The position numbers were made by a program, and so were the translations under genes. From contig WVWY01000001.1 in assembly GCA_011773785.1 (NCBI GenBank), forward strand, positions 3,085-67,084: a stretch of 64,000 bases of DNA, in the 5' to 3' direction. The DNA comes from Candidatus Nitrosomaritimum khambatensis (GTDB taxonomy: Archaea; Thermoproteota; Nitrososphaeria; Nitrososphaerales; Nitrosopumilaceae). Shown piece by piece: positions 1 to 9,798 of this stretch; positions within the stretch are counted from its first letter, which is position 1, and the number at the start of each line of letters is the position of its first letter. The notes below the pieces were generated by a model. It saw nothing but the letters and a program-made list of their open reading frames with translations. It was not told the origin of the DNA and made no database searches.

Positions 1-173
1 TTTCCAACCTTTAGTGGCGAGACTCGCTCAAATCCCAATACATTTTCAGTAAGGTGAATAGCATCACAATTTTTTGATATTAGTTTAATTTTCTCAATGA
101 ATTTTGAAATGGACTCATCCAAATCAACTCCTGGTGTAATTTTAGGTGGATTTGCCTCGTACCTGATGGTCAT
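1..173 (-). CDS. 5,10-methylenetetrahydrofolate reductase-like protein, N-terminal part (runs off the window edge)
   Basis: Hand translation from ATG at 173 gives MTIRYEANPPKITPGVDLDESISKFIEKIKLISKNCDAIHLTENVLG. The E-x-x-PPK and D-A-I-x-x-T-E/D motifs fit MetF. An in-frame alternative ATG lies at 194. Confidence 0.6.
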   Translation of the reverse strand, partial: MTIRYEANPPKITPGVDLDESISKFIEKIKLISKNCDAIHLTENVLGFERVSPLKVG

Positions 174-247
174 ATGATGATGTTTTTGAACCATGAATAA
201 AACCTTTGAACGATAAAACCCATATGGAATAGTAGGAAATCAAAATC

Positions 248-796
248 ATGATTTTAGAAGAAATAAAATCAATTCTTTCAAGTGAAATCAATCCTACAAT
301 TGAAGATCCTGGAAAGTACAAACTAGCATCAATACTTGTTGTAATTTATGGCAAATCTCCTGTTGTGGTTATGACTGAAAAACCAAAACATATGAAATTT
401 CATGCAGGTGAAATCTCTTTTCCAGGTGGGAAGCTTGATTATGATGATGATAATTTGCTTGATACTGCTTTGAGGGAGACTAGCGAAGAAATTGGCCTGA
501 CAATACGAAAAGACCAAGTAATTGGACAACTAAAACCTGTAATCACTTTAAACTCTGGATTCAAAATTCTTCCATTTGTTTCAGTTATAGATGAAATTCC
601 TCCACTGTCTGCAAACGCAGAAGTTGAAACAATCTTCCACATACCCTTAGAACCATTTTTAAAAACAATGGCACATGATCCTGATCCTTCACATAACTTG
701 ATTCAAGAAATGTATACCTTTGAGTATCAAGGTCAAATTGTTTGGGGAGCATCAGCTAGAGTACTAAAACAAATATCTGATTGCCTAATATCCTGA
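248..796 (+). CDS. Nudix hydrolase, CoA pyrophosphatase (NudL-like)
   Basis: HAGEISFPGG followed by the Nudix box (ALRETSEEIG) and C-terminal IVWGASA. Confidence 0.9.
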   Translation: MILEEIKSILSSEINPTIEDPGKYKLASILVVIYGKSPVVVMTEKPKHMKFHAGEISFPGGKLDYDDDNLLDTALRETSEEIGLTIRKDQVIGQLKPVITLNSGFKILPFVSVIDEIPPLSANAEVETIFHIPLEPFLKTMAHDPDPSHNLIQEMYTFEYQGQIVWGASARVLKQISDCLIS

Positions 797-833
797 GATT
801 CATTTAAAAAGAGCTCTTCAGGGTTCAAAATCT

Positions 834-992
834 ATGGCTGCACGCAAGTCATCTCCAAGGAAAATTCGTCTGTTAAAGAAAACCAAGCAGACATCCCCAG
901 TACCAGCTTGGGTTATTCTTAGAACTAACAGAACTGTTAGAACAAATCCAAAGCGTAGAGCATGGAGATCAACTGATGCGGAGGTTGGATAG
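834..992 (+). CDS. rpl39e: 50S ribosomal protein L39e
   Basis: Not in the ORF track. Hand translation gives MAARKSSPRKIRLLKKTKQTSPVPAWVILRTNRTVRTNPKRRAWRSTDAEVG (52 aa), abutting rpl31e. Confidence 0.95.
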   Translation: MAARKSSPRKIRLLKKTKQTSPVPAWVILRTNRTVRTNPKRRAWRSTDAEVG

Positions 993-1451
993 TTGTCTCA
1001 AGAATTAGAAAGAGTTCATACAATTAACTTGGGTAAAGCACTATTATCTGTAGATACTCATCGTGCAACAAGAGCAATTAACATGATAAAAGAATATGCT
1101 CGACGCCACATGAAAGTTGAAGAAATAAAAATTGAAGAAGACTTGGCTCAACAAATTTGGGCAAGAGGGGCAAGACATCCTCCAAGAAAAATTAGAGTTA
1201 GAATGAGTAAAACCGATGAAGGTTATATTTTGGTTTCAAGATTTGATGAAGATGCCGAAGCCGAAATTGCACCAGAAACAGAGACTAAGAAAGTTGAAGA
1301 AAAGGTAGCACCAGAAGCTGAAGAAGCAGAACTAAAAGAACCAGAAGCTGAAGAAGCAGAACTAAAAGAACCAGAAGCTGAAGAGCCAGCTAAAGAAGAA
1401 GCAGAACTAAAAGAACCAGAAAAAGAAGAAAAGAAAGAATCTAAGAAATAG
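993..1451 (+). CDS. rpl31e: 50S ribosomal protein L31e with acidic repeat tail
   Basis: ERVHTINL, RATRAI and IWARGARHPPRKIRVR motifs. TTG start. Confidence 0.95.
   Translation: MSQELERVHTINLGKALLSVDTHRATRAINMIKEYARRHMKVEEIKIEEDLAQQIWARGARHPPRKIRVRMSKTDEGYILVSRFDEDAEAEIAPETETKKVEEKVAPEAEEAELKEPEAEEAELKEPEAEEPAKEEAELKEPEKEEKKESKK
1311..1420 (+). repeat. 30-bp coding tandem repeat (PEAEEAELKE) in the rpl31e tail
   Basis: ccagaagctgaagaagcagaactaaaagaa occurs exactly at 1311-1340 and 1341-1370, followed by partial or variant copies. Confidence 0.9.
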
Positions 1452-1475
1452 TCTTTTAGAAATTTAAAATTAATT

Positions 1476-2429
1476 TTATTCTAGTTGATACAAATCAAGT
1501 TTGCAATCAATACTGCATTCTGGATTTGACCAATCAAGTGTATCTTCTTGAGGAATTACACCTAGTGGATCATAGTTGTCAAACTTTGTCATTCCTTGAA
1601 CTGCAGATACCATTACAATTTTTGATTCATCTGCAGATGATGAGGACAAATCTACTTGGGAGTTATTTTCATTGAGAACTCCACTTGTTAGATTGGAAAT
1701 AGAGTTCAAAACTCCTACTGGAATGTTATTGCCACCTGCTACATACAAGATTGAGCGTTTTACTGCGTTAGGAGATGTGTTTCCGTAAAGCATTTTGAGT
1801 GAGTCTCTGAGGGATTCTTCAATGTGCTGGCCCTCTTTGCTTGCAGTCAAGATGTTGGTTTCAGCTGAAATATCTGAATTTTCAAGGGCACCTACTACAT
1901 GCAAAATTGCAGAATTTGCAATTCCATAACAGTCCTTTGGACTAAGGTCTGGGTTGCTTTCTAAAAGTGAGTCATTATCCAAAACTACTGTGCAGTCTGA
2001 ATCTGCTCTAAGTCGTTTAAGAGAAACGCCTGAATTGAAAATTCTGTCTTTTTCATACTTGAATGGCATGATTGCAAAGGAAACTAAGCCTACCTCAGAT
2101 TCCTTACAAATTTCTGACACAACTGGAGATATAGCAGAACCTGCTTTTCCTGCCAAGTTGGTCATGAGAATAACTGTGGAATAGCGTGAAATGGTTGATT
2201 TTATCTGGTCTGCAACTTTGTAAGTTGAGCCTCTAATCAATTGAATTGAAGGATTAACTACTGAGTCAGTCGAGATTGCTATTGTCTGGCAGTCTGCCTG
2301 GAGGTCTTTTTGATCGTTACTAATTATTAGACAATCAGAGTTTACAATGTCTTTTGCTTGGGTTGCAAGTTTTGAGCCTGCTCCTCCTAAACCAACAATT
2401 AAGATCGGTGATTTGACTTGAAAACTCAT
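1476..2429 (-). CDS. ftsZ: Divergent thaumarchaeal FtsZ/tubulin-family protein
   Basis: IVGLGGAGSK, MPFKYEKDR and VVLDNDSL are FtsZ-like. The signature loop is degenerate (LAGKAGSA). Confidence 0.85.
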   Translation of the reverse strand: MSFQVKSPILIVGLGGAGSKLATQAKDIVNSDCLIISNDQKDLQADCQTIAISTDSVVNPSIQLIRGSTYKVADQIKSTISRYSTVILMTNLAGKAGSAISPVVSEICKESEVGLVSFAIMPFKYEKDRIFNSGVSLKRLRADSDCTVVLDNDSLLESNPDLSPKDCYGIANSAILHVVGALENSDISAETNILTASKEGQHIEESLRDSLKMLYGNTSPNAVKRSILYVAGGNNIPVGVLNSISNLTSGVLNENNSQVDLSSSSADESKIVMVSAVQGMTKFDNYDPLGVIPQEDTLDWSNPECSIDCKLDLYQLE

Positions 2430-2502
2430 TCTATGAGGTAATTGATTATTTGGATAAAAAACCTTCTTACGTTTTTTTAATCAAATTTCAGATCTAAAAA
2501 AT

Positions 2503-3771
2503 TTAACAAGCGATCCTACCTATTAGGCTGTGGTTTGTTGCCTTGACGATCTCAACTTTGTGTATCTGACCAATCTCGACATCTTGATCCACAAAGATAG
2601 ATTTGTATGCAAAGTTTCTTCCCTTGATTCCCTCATCGGTGTTTTCATTAAACAAAACTTTGCCCTTCCAGCCGATCCATTTTTTATTGCTATCGTTTGA
2701 GATTTGGTTTGTCAAATCAAAAATTATCTTGCTCCTTCTCTTTACTTCTGAAACATCAATTTGCTCCCATTCAGCAGCTTCTGTTCCAGGTCTTGCGCTA
2801 TATCGTGAGAGATTAACAATGTCTGGCTTTGTCTTTTTTAGCAAACTTACAGTTTTTTCAAAGTCCTCTTTTGTTTCTGATGGAAATCCAACTATTATGT
2901 CAGTTGATATTGTAAATTGTGGGAATCTCTCTCTTACTTTGGTAACTACGTCTCTAAATGTCTCAGCAGTGTGTCCTCTTTTCATATCATTGAGAACCTT
3001 GTTACTTCCGCTCTGAACAGGAACATGTAGAAACTTGTAGACCTTGTCATTATCAAAAGAATCAATCAATTTGTCTTTAATGCGAACCATGTACATTGGG
3101 TTCATCATTCCAACTCTTATTCTAAAGTCATCGGGAATCTCTGAAACTGTATTAACTAATGTAGGCAAGTCTGTTCCAATGTCAAAACCATAGCATCCAT
3201 TATCAGTTGATGTTAGCCAAACCTCCTTGCACCCATCTTTGATTTCAGTTTCAACTTGCCTTACAATGTCTCCTATTCTGTAACTTTGGAGGTCTCCTTT
3301 AGCTAATTTTGTCTGGCAAAATGTGCACTCACTCATACATCCACTTGCAATCTCTATGATTCCCACTGCAGGATTCAACCTCACCTTTGGAAGGCCAACC
3401 TTTGAAACATCAGAGTCCTCCAAGGCAATCTGTCTAGTTCCTTTTAGAGTTGAGTCAATTACCTGCAAAGTCTTTCCAAGAGAATTTGGCCCCAACATGG
3501 ATGCGTTTTCTGTAAATTTTTCTACAGTTGATTTTTCAGCCTTTGGCAGGCAACCAGCTACTACTAGTGGTTTTTCTTTAAGGGATTTTATTCTGTAAAT
3601 CATTTTGTTTGCAGTTGCATCTTTAACAGAGCATGTTACAATTACATTCAAGTCAGATTGGTCAGAACTATCAACTAGAGTATGACCTCCATTTGCAATT
3701 AGTCCTGAAATCATCTCTGAATCTGAAAAACTTGCAGAGCATCCGTATGCCTCTACAAAGATCTTTGCCAT
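2503..3771 (-). CDS. tRNA methylthiotransferase (MtaB/MiaB family, radical SAM + TRAM)
   Basis: YGC, TCSVK and VAGC in the UPF0004 domain; CMSECTFC radical SAM motif; C-terminal TRAM domain. Confidence 0.92.
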   Translation of the reverse strand: MAKIFVEAYGCSASFSDSEMISGLIANGGHTLVDSSDQSDLNVIVTCSVKDATANKMIYRIKSLKEKPLVVAGCLPKAEKSTVEKFTENASMLGPNSLGKTLQVIDSTLKGTRQIALEDSDVSKVGLPKVRLNPAVGIIEIASGCMSECTFCQTKLAKGDLQSYRIGDIVRQVETEIKDGCKEVWLTSTDNGCYGFDIGTDLPTLVNTVSEIPDDFRIRVGMMNPMYMVRIKDKLIDSFDNDKVYKFLHVPVQSGSNKVLNDMKRGHTAETFRDVVTKVRERFPQFTISTDIIVGFPSETKEDFEKTVSLLKKTKPDIVNLSRYSARPGTEAAEWEQIDVSEVKRRSKIIFDLTNQISNDSNKKWIGWKGKVLFNENTDEGIKGRNFAYKSIFVDQDVEIGQIHKVEIVKATNHSLIGRIAC

Positions 3772-3774
3772 GCT

Positions 3775-5136
3775 CTATCCAAACAAAGAATCAATTTCTT
3801 TGTTGCTCATAAGATTCTTGGAAACTACTAGTTCTCTAATGGTCTTACCTGTCTTGAGAGACTCTTTGAACAACTCTGCAGACTTTAGATATCCAATTTT
3901 TGGAGTAAGCAGAGTTACAATCACTGGACTGTTTTCGATATCTTTTCTTAGCTTTTCTCTGTTTGCAGTTAACCCATCAATTAGATTTGCAGAAAATATT
4001 GGGAAGAAATTCTTTATCATGTCAGTTGATTCTAACATACACTTTAGCATCCCAGGTAACATTACATTGAGCTCAAATTGTCCTGCTTGAGCTGCGTTGG
4101 ATACGGCAGTATCATTTCCAATTATGTTAAAACAAATCATGTTCATGCACTCAGCCAAAGATGGATTTACTTTTCCTGGCATTATTGAAGAGCCTGCATG
4201 AACTGCGGGAATTCCAAGCTCTGCTAATCCCGCAATTGGACCTGATGCCATTAATCTAATGTCATTTGCAAGCTTGTTTACTTCAAGGGCTAAGTTACGC
4301 AACGCAGCAGATAGATTAGCCACTGCAAACTTGCTTTGCAATGCAAACTGCATGTCTTTTTCAGGTTTTAATGGAAGTTTTGAAATTTTAGCAAGCTCTG
4401 CAATTGCAATTTTTCTGTATCCTCTTGGAGTATTTGCTCCTGTTCCAACTGCAGTTCCTCCAAGTGCAACACTTTGTAATTCCTTTTGAGCTGCTACAAT
4501 TGCATTTTTTGCTTTTGTAATTGCAGTAACATAAGCCGCAAATTCATTTCCCAAAGTAACTGGAAGTGCATCCATAAGATGAGTTCTCCCAATTTTTTTA
4601 AATGCAGAAAACTGTTTTGATTTTTTTGTTAATGACTTGATTAATTTATCAACTGCTGGAATTGTTTCTTTTAAATTCATCAAAATTGCAACATGCATTG
4701 CAGTAGGATATGTATCATTACTTGATTGTGACATGTTTACATGATCATTTGGATGCAAGTGTTCATACTGTCCTTTTTTCTTGTGAAGAACCTCTAGGGC
4801 AACATTTGAGATCACTTCGTTTGAGTTCATGTTAAAGGCAGTACCTGCACCAGAGTTTATCATGTCCACTACAAATTGGTCGACGTGTTTACCTGATAGA
4901 ATTTTATCACATGCTGCTACAATTGCTCTTCCGCGTTTAGTGTCAATTGACTTTGTTTTCATGTTGGCAACAGCTGCTGATCGCTTTATCATGACAAAAG
5001 ACTTTATCAAATTCTCATGGGCTTTTTGACCCGTTACATGGTACTGCTGAATAGCCCTTCCAGTAAATGCTCCATAATATGCATCAGCTGGAATCTTTAC
5101 TTTTCCTAGAGAATCTTGGTCTAGTCTAAACTTCAA
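3775..5136 (-). CDS. Class II fumarate hydratase / aspartate ammonia-lyase
   Basis: HPNDHVNMSQSSND, KIGRTHLMDA and GSSIMPGKVNP fumarate-lyase signatures. Confidence 0.93.
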   Translation of the reverse strand: MKFRLDQDSLGKVKIPADAYYGAFTGRAIQQYHVTGQKAHENLIKSFVMIKRSAAVANMKTKSIDTKRGRAIVAACDKILSGKHVDQFVVDMINSGAGTAFNMNSNEVISNVALEVLHKKKGQYEHLHPNDHVNMSQSSNDTYPTAMHVAILMNLKETIPAVDKLIKSLTKKSKQFSAFKKIGRTHLMDALPVTLGNEFAAYVTAITKAKNAIVAAQKELQSVALGGTAVGTGANTPRGYRKIAIAELAKISKLPLKPEKDMQFALQSKFAVANLSAALRNLALEVNKLANDIRLMASGPIAGLAELGIPAVHAGSSIMPGKVNPSLAECMNMICFNIIGNDTAVSNAAQAGQFELNVMLPGMLKCMLESTDMIKNFFPIFSANLIDGLTANREKLRKDIENSPVIVTLLTPKIGYLKSAELFKESLKTGKTIRELVVSKNLMSNKEIDSLFG

Positions 5137-5211
5137 ATCATTAAGTCCGTGTTTCCACCGATATTCATTCTTTTTCAGGGCAATTCATACATTCACAGAA
5201 TACACGGATTG

Positions 5212-5248
5212 GAAAAATATTATATAGGCTTGACAAAGCACCGTGCTT
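5212..5248 (+). promoter_or_regulatory. nirK promoter: purine-rich BRE + TATA box, then a palindrome
   Basis: GAAAAATA followed by TTATATA (5220-5226) about 24 nt before the ATG. AAGCAC-C-GTGCTT palindrome at 5236-5248. Confidence 0.6.
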
Positions 5249-5249
5249 A

Positions 5250-6659
5250 ATGAATAAGCGTACTAGTATGCTCTTTACTATCGCAGCAGTAGCTGTTATG
5301 GGAGCAACCTTATTCGGAAGCACATACACACAAACCCAAATTGCCGGTCAATCTATCGATGCATCCAAAATGGATGTCACCGTCTTAGACCAAATCCGTG
5401 CAATGGGCGGTTTAGAGCTTGTAATGCCTCAAGCATTTGCAGAAACTGATTGTGGTGTCTTAGAAAACTCTGGACGTAATGTCGTAGAGTTCAATTTGGA
5501 AGGTTACAGTGTTGAGCTCCCAATTATGGGCGGCAAGACTTACAACGCCATGACCTTTAGTGGACAAGTCCCAGGACCAACACTAAGAGTTACACAAGGT
5601 GACGTTGTAAAGATGACACTACACATTCCTGATTGGGAAGTTACTGGACACGGTAACGACATGCACGCATCACAAATCACTGCAGGAGCATTCGAGTCAG
5701 TCAATCCTGGCGAAACAAGTCAGTATTGTTACATCGCTGAAGCTGCAGGTATTTTCAAATACCATTGTTCTGGTGTTAAACTAGTTGGTATGGACCAACA
5801 CGTACTTTCCGGCATGTACGGAATTGCAATTGTTGATCCTGCAAACGGTTACAAGAAATTAATGGTAGAGAAGACCAGTGGTAGCGGTGAACTTGACAGA
5901 AAGTTCTACTCTGCTGATGCATTAGAGTTCCAACTCCAATACAATCAATTGTATTTGACTCCTGAAGGCAACTATGATGCCGGAGCAATGTTCCAACATC
6001 ATAACACTGCAACAGTTGTCAATGGTATGCAATTTGGTTATGTACCAAACATGGCTCATAACTTACTTGTAAATGGTGACACAAACAAAAACATCTTTGT
6101 AGCACAACCATGGAATGGACTTGAGCACAAGCAATACCAATCACAACTCATGTTCGTTGAGAACGATCAACACGTGAGAATCTTCATTGAAAACCAAGGT
6201 AACGAACCAGTATTCTTCCACATTGTAGGAGAAATTTTGGACAGAGTTACACAAGGTAACAGAGTACAATCAGCAGCAACTGAAACATGGTTGCTCGGTG
6301 GCTCACAAGGAATGATTGTTGACCTAGTCTTTGATGAACCAGGCGTATATGCCGCAGTTAATCACGACTATGCAGCAATTTACACTGGCGCTGCTTCAAT
6401 CTTTGTAGCAGGAGACCCATTCGGCTTGAACCCAGTTCTAGTTGAGAAAGGAGTTCTCGAAGCACCAGTACCATCTTATGCATATGCATTAGGTAACCCA
6501 AGTGATGCAGTACCACCAATGGGAATGAACAGCATTGCACATCCTGCAGTCAACATTCACGGTTTGTACACTGATGAAGTAGCTTCTGAAATGCAAGAAC
6601 AAGGCATGATCGCATTATGGGAAGTAATTCCTGTAGTTGCAGAAATTCTTACTTCTTGA
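5250..6659 (+). CDS. nirK: Copper-containing nitrite reductase, thaumarchaeal type
   Basis: Signal peptide; VPGPTLRVTQGD, HGNDMH, YHCSG...HVLSGMYG, FHIVG and VNHD type-1/type-2 Cu ligand motifs. Confidence 0.93.
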   Translation: MNKRTSMLFTIAAVAVMGATLFGSTYTQTQIAGQSIDASKMDVTVLDQIRAMGGLELVMPQAFAETDCGVLENSGRNVVEFNLEGYSVELPIMGGKTYNAMTFSGQVPGPTLRVTQGDVVKMTLHIPDWEVTGHGNDMHASQITAGAFESVNPGETSQYCYIAEAAGIFKYHCSGVKLVGMDQHVLSGMYGIAIVDPANGYKKLMVEKTSGSGELDRKFYSADALEFQLQYNQLYLTPEGNYDAGAMFQHHNTATVVNGMQFGYVPNMAHNLLVNGDTNKNIFVAQPWNGLEHKQYQSQLMFVENDQHVRIFIENQGNEPVFFHIVGEILDRVTQGNRVQSAATETWLLGGSQGMIVDLVFDEPGVYAAVNHDYAAIYTGAASIFVAGDPFGLNPVLVEKGVLEAPVPSYAYALGNPSDAVPPMGMNSIAHPAVNIHGLYTDEVASEMQEQGMIALWEVIPVVAEILTS

Positions 6660-6721
6660 TCATTTAACCTTCTTTTCTTTTTCTTTTAATGAAATATATT
6701 CAGTGAATCGTGTGCAATGTT

Positions 6722-7654
6722 ATGGGCTTTGATGATACTGTTTTAATTTGTGATGAAGTAGATCCAATTTTAAACAAAGTTTTAGAAGACAATGGTTTGA
6801 AAGTTTCTTACGAACCAACAATTACTCCTGAACAAATTGTGGAAAAAATTTCTGATTTCAATATTGTAATTGTTCGAAGCAGAACTACAATTACAAAAGA
6901 AATGATTGACAAAGCCGATAACTGTAAAATTATTGCACGAGTTGGAGTCGGACTTGATAATATTGATCAAGAAGCTGCCAAAGCAAAAAACATTCGAGTA
7001 ATCAATGCAGTTGAAGGGGCAATGAATGCAGTTGCTGAACTAGTTTTAGGATTAATGTTATCTTTAGCAAGACAAACTGCTAGAGGTGATAGAGGAATTC
7101 GTAACGGCCAGTGGCTCAAAAAAGAATTGAAAGGAACCGAGCTTAGAGGAAAGTATCTTGGAATTGTTGGATGTGGAAACATTGGAAAAAGATTAGGTCG
7201 ACTTGCAAGAGCACTAAACATGAACATTATTGGCTATGACGTTATTCCAATTGATGAAGAGTTTTCAAAAGAAGTTGGATTGATGAAAGCTGATTTGGGA
7301 ACTTTGTTGCAAAGCTCAGACTATATCTCAATTCATGTCCCATTGTTAGATTCTACTTATCACTTAATTGATGCTCAAAAAATCTCTACAATGAAAAAGA
7401 CTGCCAAAATCATCAACACATCTCGTGGGGGAGTTATTGATGAAGATGCACTTTACGAGGCCCTGAAAAATGGTAATCTTGGGGGTGCTGCCCTAGATGT
7501 ATTTGAGAAAGAGCCTGCACTTGAGCATAAATTAGCAGAGCTAGATAACGTAATACTCACTCCTCACATTGGAGCACAAACAAAAGAGGCACAAAATTTG
7601 GCTGCAAATGTTATTGGAGAAAAGATAATACAAATTCTTCGCGGTGTTATCTGA
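6722..7654 (+). CDS. D-3-phosphoglycerate dehydrogenase-like D-2-hydroxyacid dehydrogenase
   Basis: RVGVGLDNID, GCGNIG, INTSRGG, LDVFEKEP and TPHIGAQT. Start taken at ATG 6722. Confidence 0.9.
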   Translation: MGFDDTVLICDEVDPILNKVLEDNGLKVSYEPTITPEQIVEKISDFNIVIVRSRTTITKEMIDKADNCKIIARVGVGLDNIDQEAAKAKNIRVINAVEGAMNAVAELVLGLMLSLARQTARGDRGIRNGQWLKKELKGTELRGKYLGIVGCGNIGKRLGRLARALNMNIIGYDVIPIDEEFSKEVGLMKADLGTLLQSSDYISIHVPLLDSTYHLIDAQKISTMKKTAKIINTSRGGVIDEDALYEALKNGNLGGAALDVFEKEPALEHKLAELDNVILTPHIGAQTKEAQNLAANVIGEKIIQILRGVI

Positions 7655-7755
7655 GCCTAAAGTTTTCATCTTTACAAAAAATAACTAAAAAAGCTTGACT
7701 GATACGTGATTAATTGTCATCTAATTTGTTTTAACGTCAATTTTGAGGAAAATCC

Positions 7756-8613
7756 ATGTTGAATAATACGGGCAATACTAGTTTGCAATCAGAATTACAA
7801 CGAGGCGTTCCTAAATTGAACTATCTTTTGATAATTTCCTTTGGACTAATTTTTGTTGCAATTCTTTCATCAACTTTTGTATATGCTGAAACTACATCTG
7901 TAAATGTTGAAGGCAACTCGTACAGCATTGATTACAATGCAGATGGTCTAACTGTAAACAATGTAGAGCCTGACTTGGATTTTATTTCATTAATTTTTAG
8001 TGTTGATGTTACAAGTTCTCCTGGAACTTTGGAAGTCACTTTTGAGAGAAGCTTCTTTGATTCTATTTACCAAGGAAGTGATGATGCATTTATTGTTCTT
8101 GCCGATGGTGATGAGCCATCTTATTCTGAAACTGAAACTACTGCTACCTCAAGAACACTAAGTATTACATTACCATCTGGTACAGAAGAAGTTGAAATTA
8201 TTGGTACTGTGTTTGCAAGCCCACAACCAGAACCTGAACCAGAACCAACACCAGAGCCAGAACCTGAACCAGAGCCAGAACCTAAACCCGAACCAACTCC
8301 ACAACCAAAACCTGAAGAAAAACCACAACCAACACCAGAAGAAAAACCAACACCAAAACCTGAAGAAAAACCTAGAACAGAATGCGGTCCTGGAACAATT
8401 CTAAAAGATGGTGTTTGTGTTTTAGATCAAAGATGCGGTCCTGGAACAGTACTTGAAGATGGTGTTTGTGTTGTTGTATCTACACCACAGCCAACAGCTT
8501 CTCCATCTGGTATGGGTAAAGAATTAGTTTATGGAATCATTGCTGCATTTGTTGTTGCGGGAATAGTTGGAATAATTCTGGCATTGATGTCAAAGGCTAG
8601 CAAATCTTCCTAG
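7756..8613 (+). CDS. Membrane-anchored surface protein with Pro/Glu linker and two CGPGT Cys repeats
   Basis: Signal peptide (true start may be TTG 7816), (PE)n linker, 2x CGPGT.L.DGVCV and a C-terminal TM helix. Confidence 0.75.
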   Translation: MLNNTGNTSLQSELQRGVPKLNYLLIISFGLIFVAILSSTFVYAETTSVNVEGNSYSIDYNADGLTVNNVEPDLDFISLIFSVDVTSSPGTLEVTFERSFFDSIYQGSDDAFIVLADGDEPSYSETETTATSRTLSITLPSGTEEVEIIGTVFASPQPEPEPEPTPEPEPEPEPEPKPEPTPQPKPEEKPQPTPEEKPTPKPEEKPRTECGPGTILKDGVCVLDQRCGPGTVLEDGVCVVVSTPQPTASPSGMGKELVYGIIAAFVVAGIVGIILALMSKASKSS

Positions 8614-9131
8614 TCATTATTTTCACACAATGAATCTTCATTCATCATTTGAGTAAAGTCAAATCCTGAATGAGTCACTGTGATTTGATAAGGAATTACG
8701 CCTATAATTCGAGTATCGTATGTGGTTTTTAGGATCATTTCTGTTGGGTCTATTCTCATAGGAACTTCACCTGCAAACTGGCCATCCATATGCATGAAAA
8801 GATACTGGGATTCTGAATAACTATCAGAAGAAAACTTTACTTCCAGGATTTGAGATGATTCTGGTTCCAAGGTCTGCTGTCCTATTGCAAATGTTCCTTT
8901 CACATCCTCTCTGTAAAGTGCCTCAATTCTTAATCCATTAAAGGTGACAAAAAATGGATTGGGATTGCAAAGTTTTATTCTTTCATAGTTTGCCATATCA
9001 AAATAACTAAATTTCTCATCTGCAGTTCTAATCTGAATTTGCTCAATAGAGTAAATATTCCAAAATCCATACAACACAGGAATTACTATTACAATTATTG
9101 CAATTGCAGTAATGATGGTATATTTGTTCAT
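8610..9131 (-). CDS. Conserved N-terminally anchored hypothetical protein
   Basis: 173-aa ORF with an N-terminal TM helix, coupled to the upstream minus-strand gene. Confidence 0.7.
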   Translation of the reverse strand: MNKYTIITAIAIIVIVIPVLYGFWNIYSIEQIQIRTADEKFSYFDMANYERIKLCNPNPFFVTFNGLRIEALYREDVKGTFAIGQQTLEPESSQILEVKFSSDSYSESQYLFMHMDGQFAGEVPMRIDPTEMILKTTYDTRIIGVIPYQITVTHSGFDFTQMMNEDSLCENND

Positions 9132-9132
9132 T

Positions 9133-9798
9133 TTAACCAGTAATTATTTTTCTATCTAGCAAGTTCTGAATAGCGTTTGCAAAAGTTTCATCACTTAGTT
9201 TTTCTTCAAGCCACCATCCGGTAGTAAATTTGAACCATTCAGGAATGTGTATTGTTGCAATGTTATCTTTGTTAATTTCAAATGGAATGCTAATGTCTTG
9301 TTTTTCTACAACTTTGTTAATTGAATCAATGAAGATTCCTGCAGAGACTTGGTTGATGAGCCAACTGTATGCAATTTGTTTTGTTTGAAATGGAATTACA
9401 AGATTTCCCGTATCAATTAATTCAAACTCTGCAGTATGTTCAGCTCCAGAATACTGAACATCAATAAAGTATTTTCCTTCAGGAAAAACCATTTTCTCAA
9501 AAGGATAGAGTGATGGAACATCTGTTTTTAATTCGGATATTTCAAAAGGTATGGCACTACTTCCCTTACCTGATTCATCTCTGATGTGAATTATTGCAAG
9601 GTCTCCGGTGATTTCACTTACCTCTATGGTATAGAACAATTTTTCACCATAAGAGTAGGTCGTTTTTTCCAAAATAATCTGCACATCAGGCTCGGCAAAA
9701 GCTATGGGAATTGCAAATAGGCTAGCCACAAAAACTCCAAGAGCAAGTATGCCTAATTTCACAAAAAACATGGTCGACTTTCGTAATAAAAACCGCAA
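9133..9798 (-). CDS. Secreted protein with thaumarchaeal IPxW...WW C-terminal repeat domain
   Basis: Signal peptide and IPEWFKFTTGWWLEEKLSDETFANAIQNL motif. True start is probably near 9762-9771. Confidence 0.7.
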   Translation of the reverse strand: MRFLLRKSTMFFVKLGILALGVFVASLFAIPIAFAEPDVQIILEKTTYSYGEKLFYTIEVSEITGDLAIIHIRDESGKGSSAIPFEISELKTDVPSLYPFEKMVFPEGKYFIDVQYSGAEHTAEFELIDTGNLVIPFQTKQIAYSWLINQVSAGIFIDSINKVVEKQDISIPFEINKDNIATIHIPEWFKFTTGWWLEEKLSDETFANAIQNLLDRKIITG

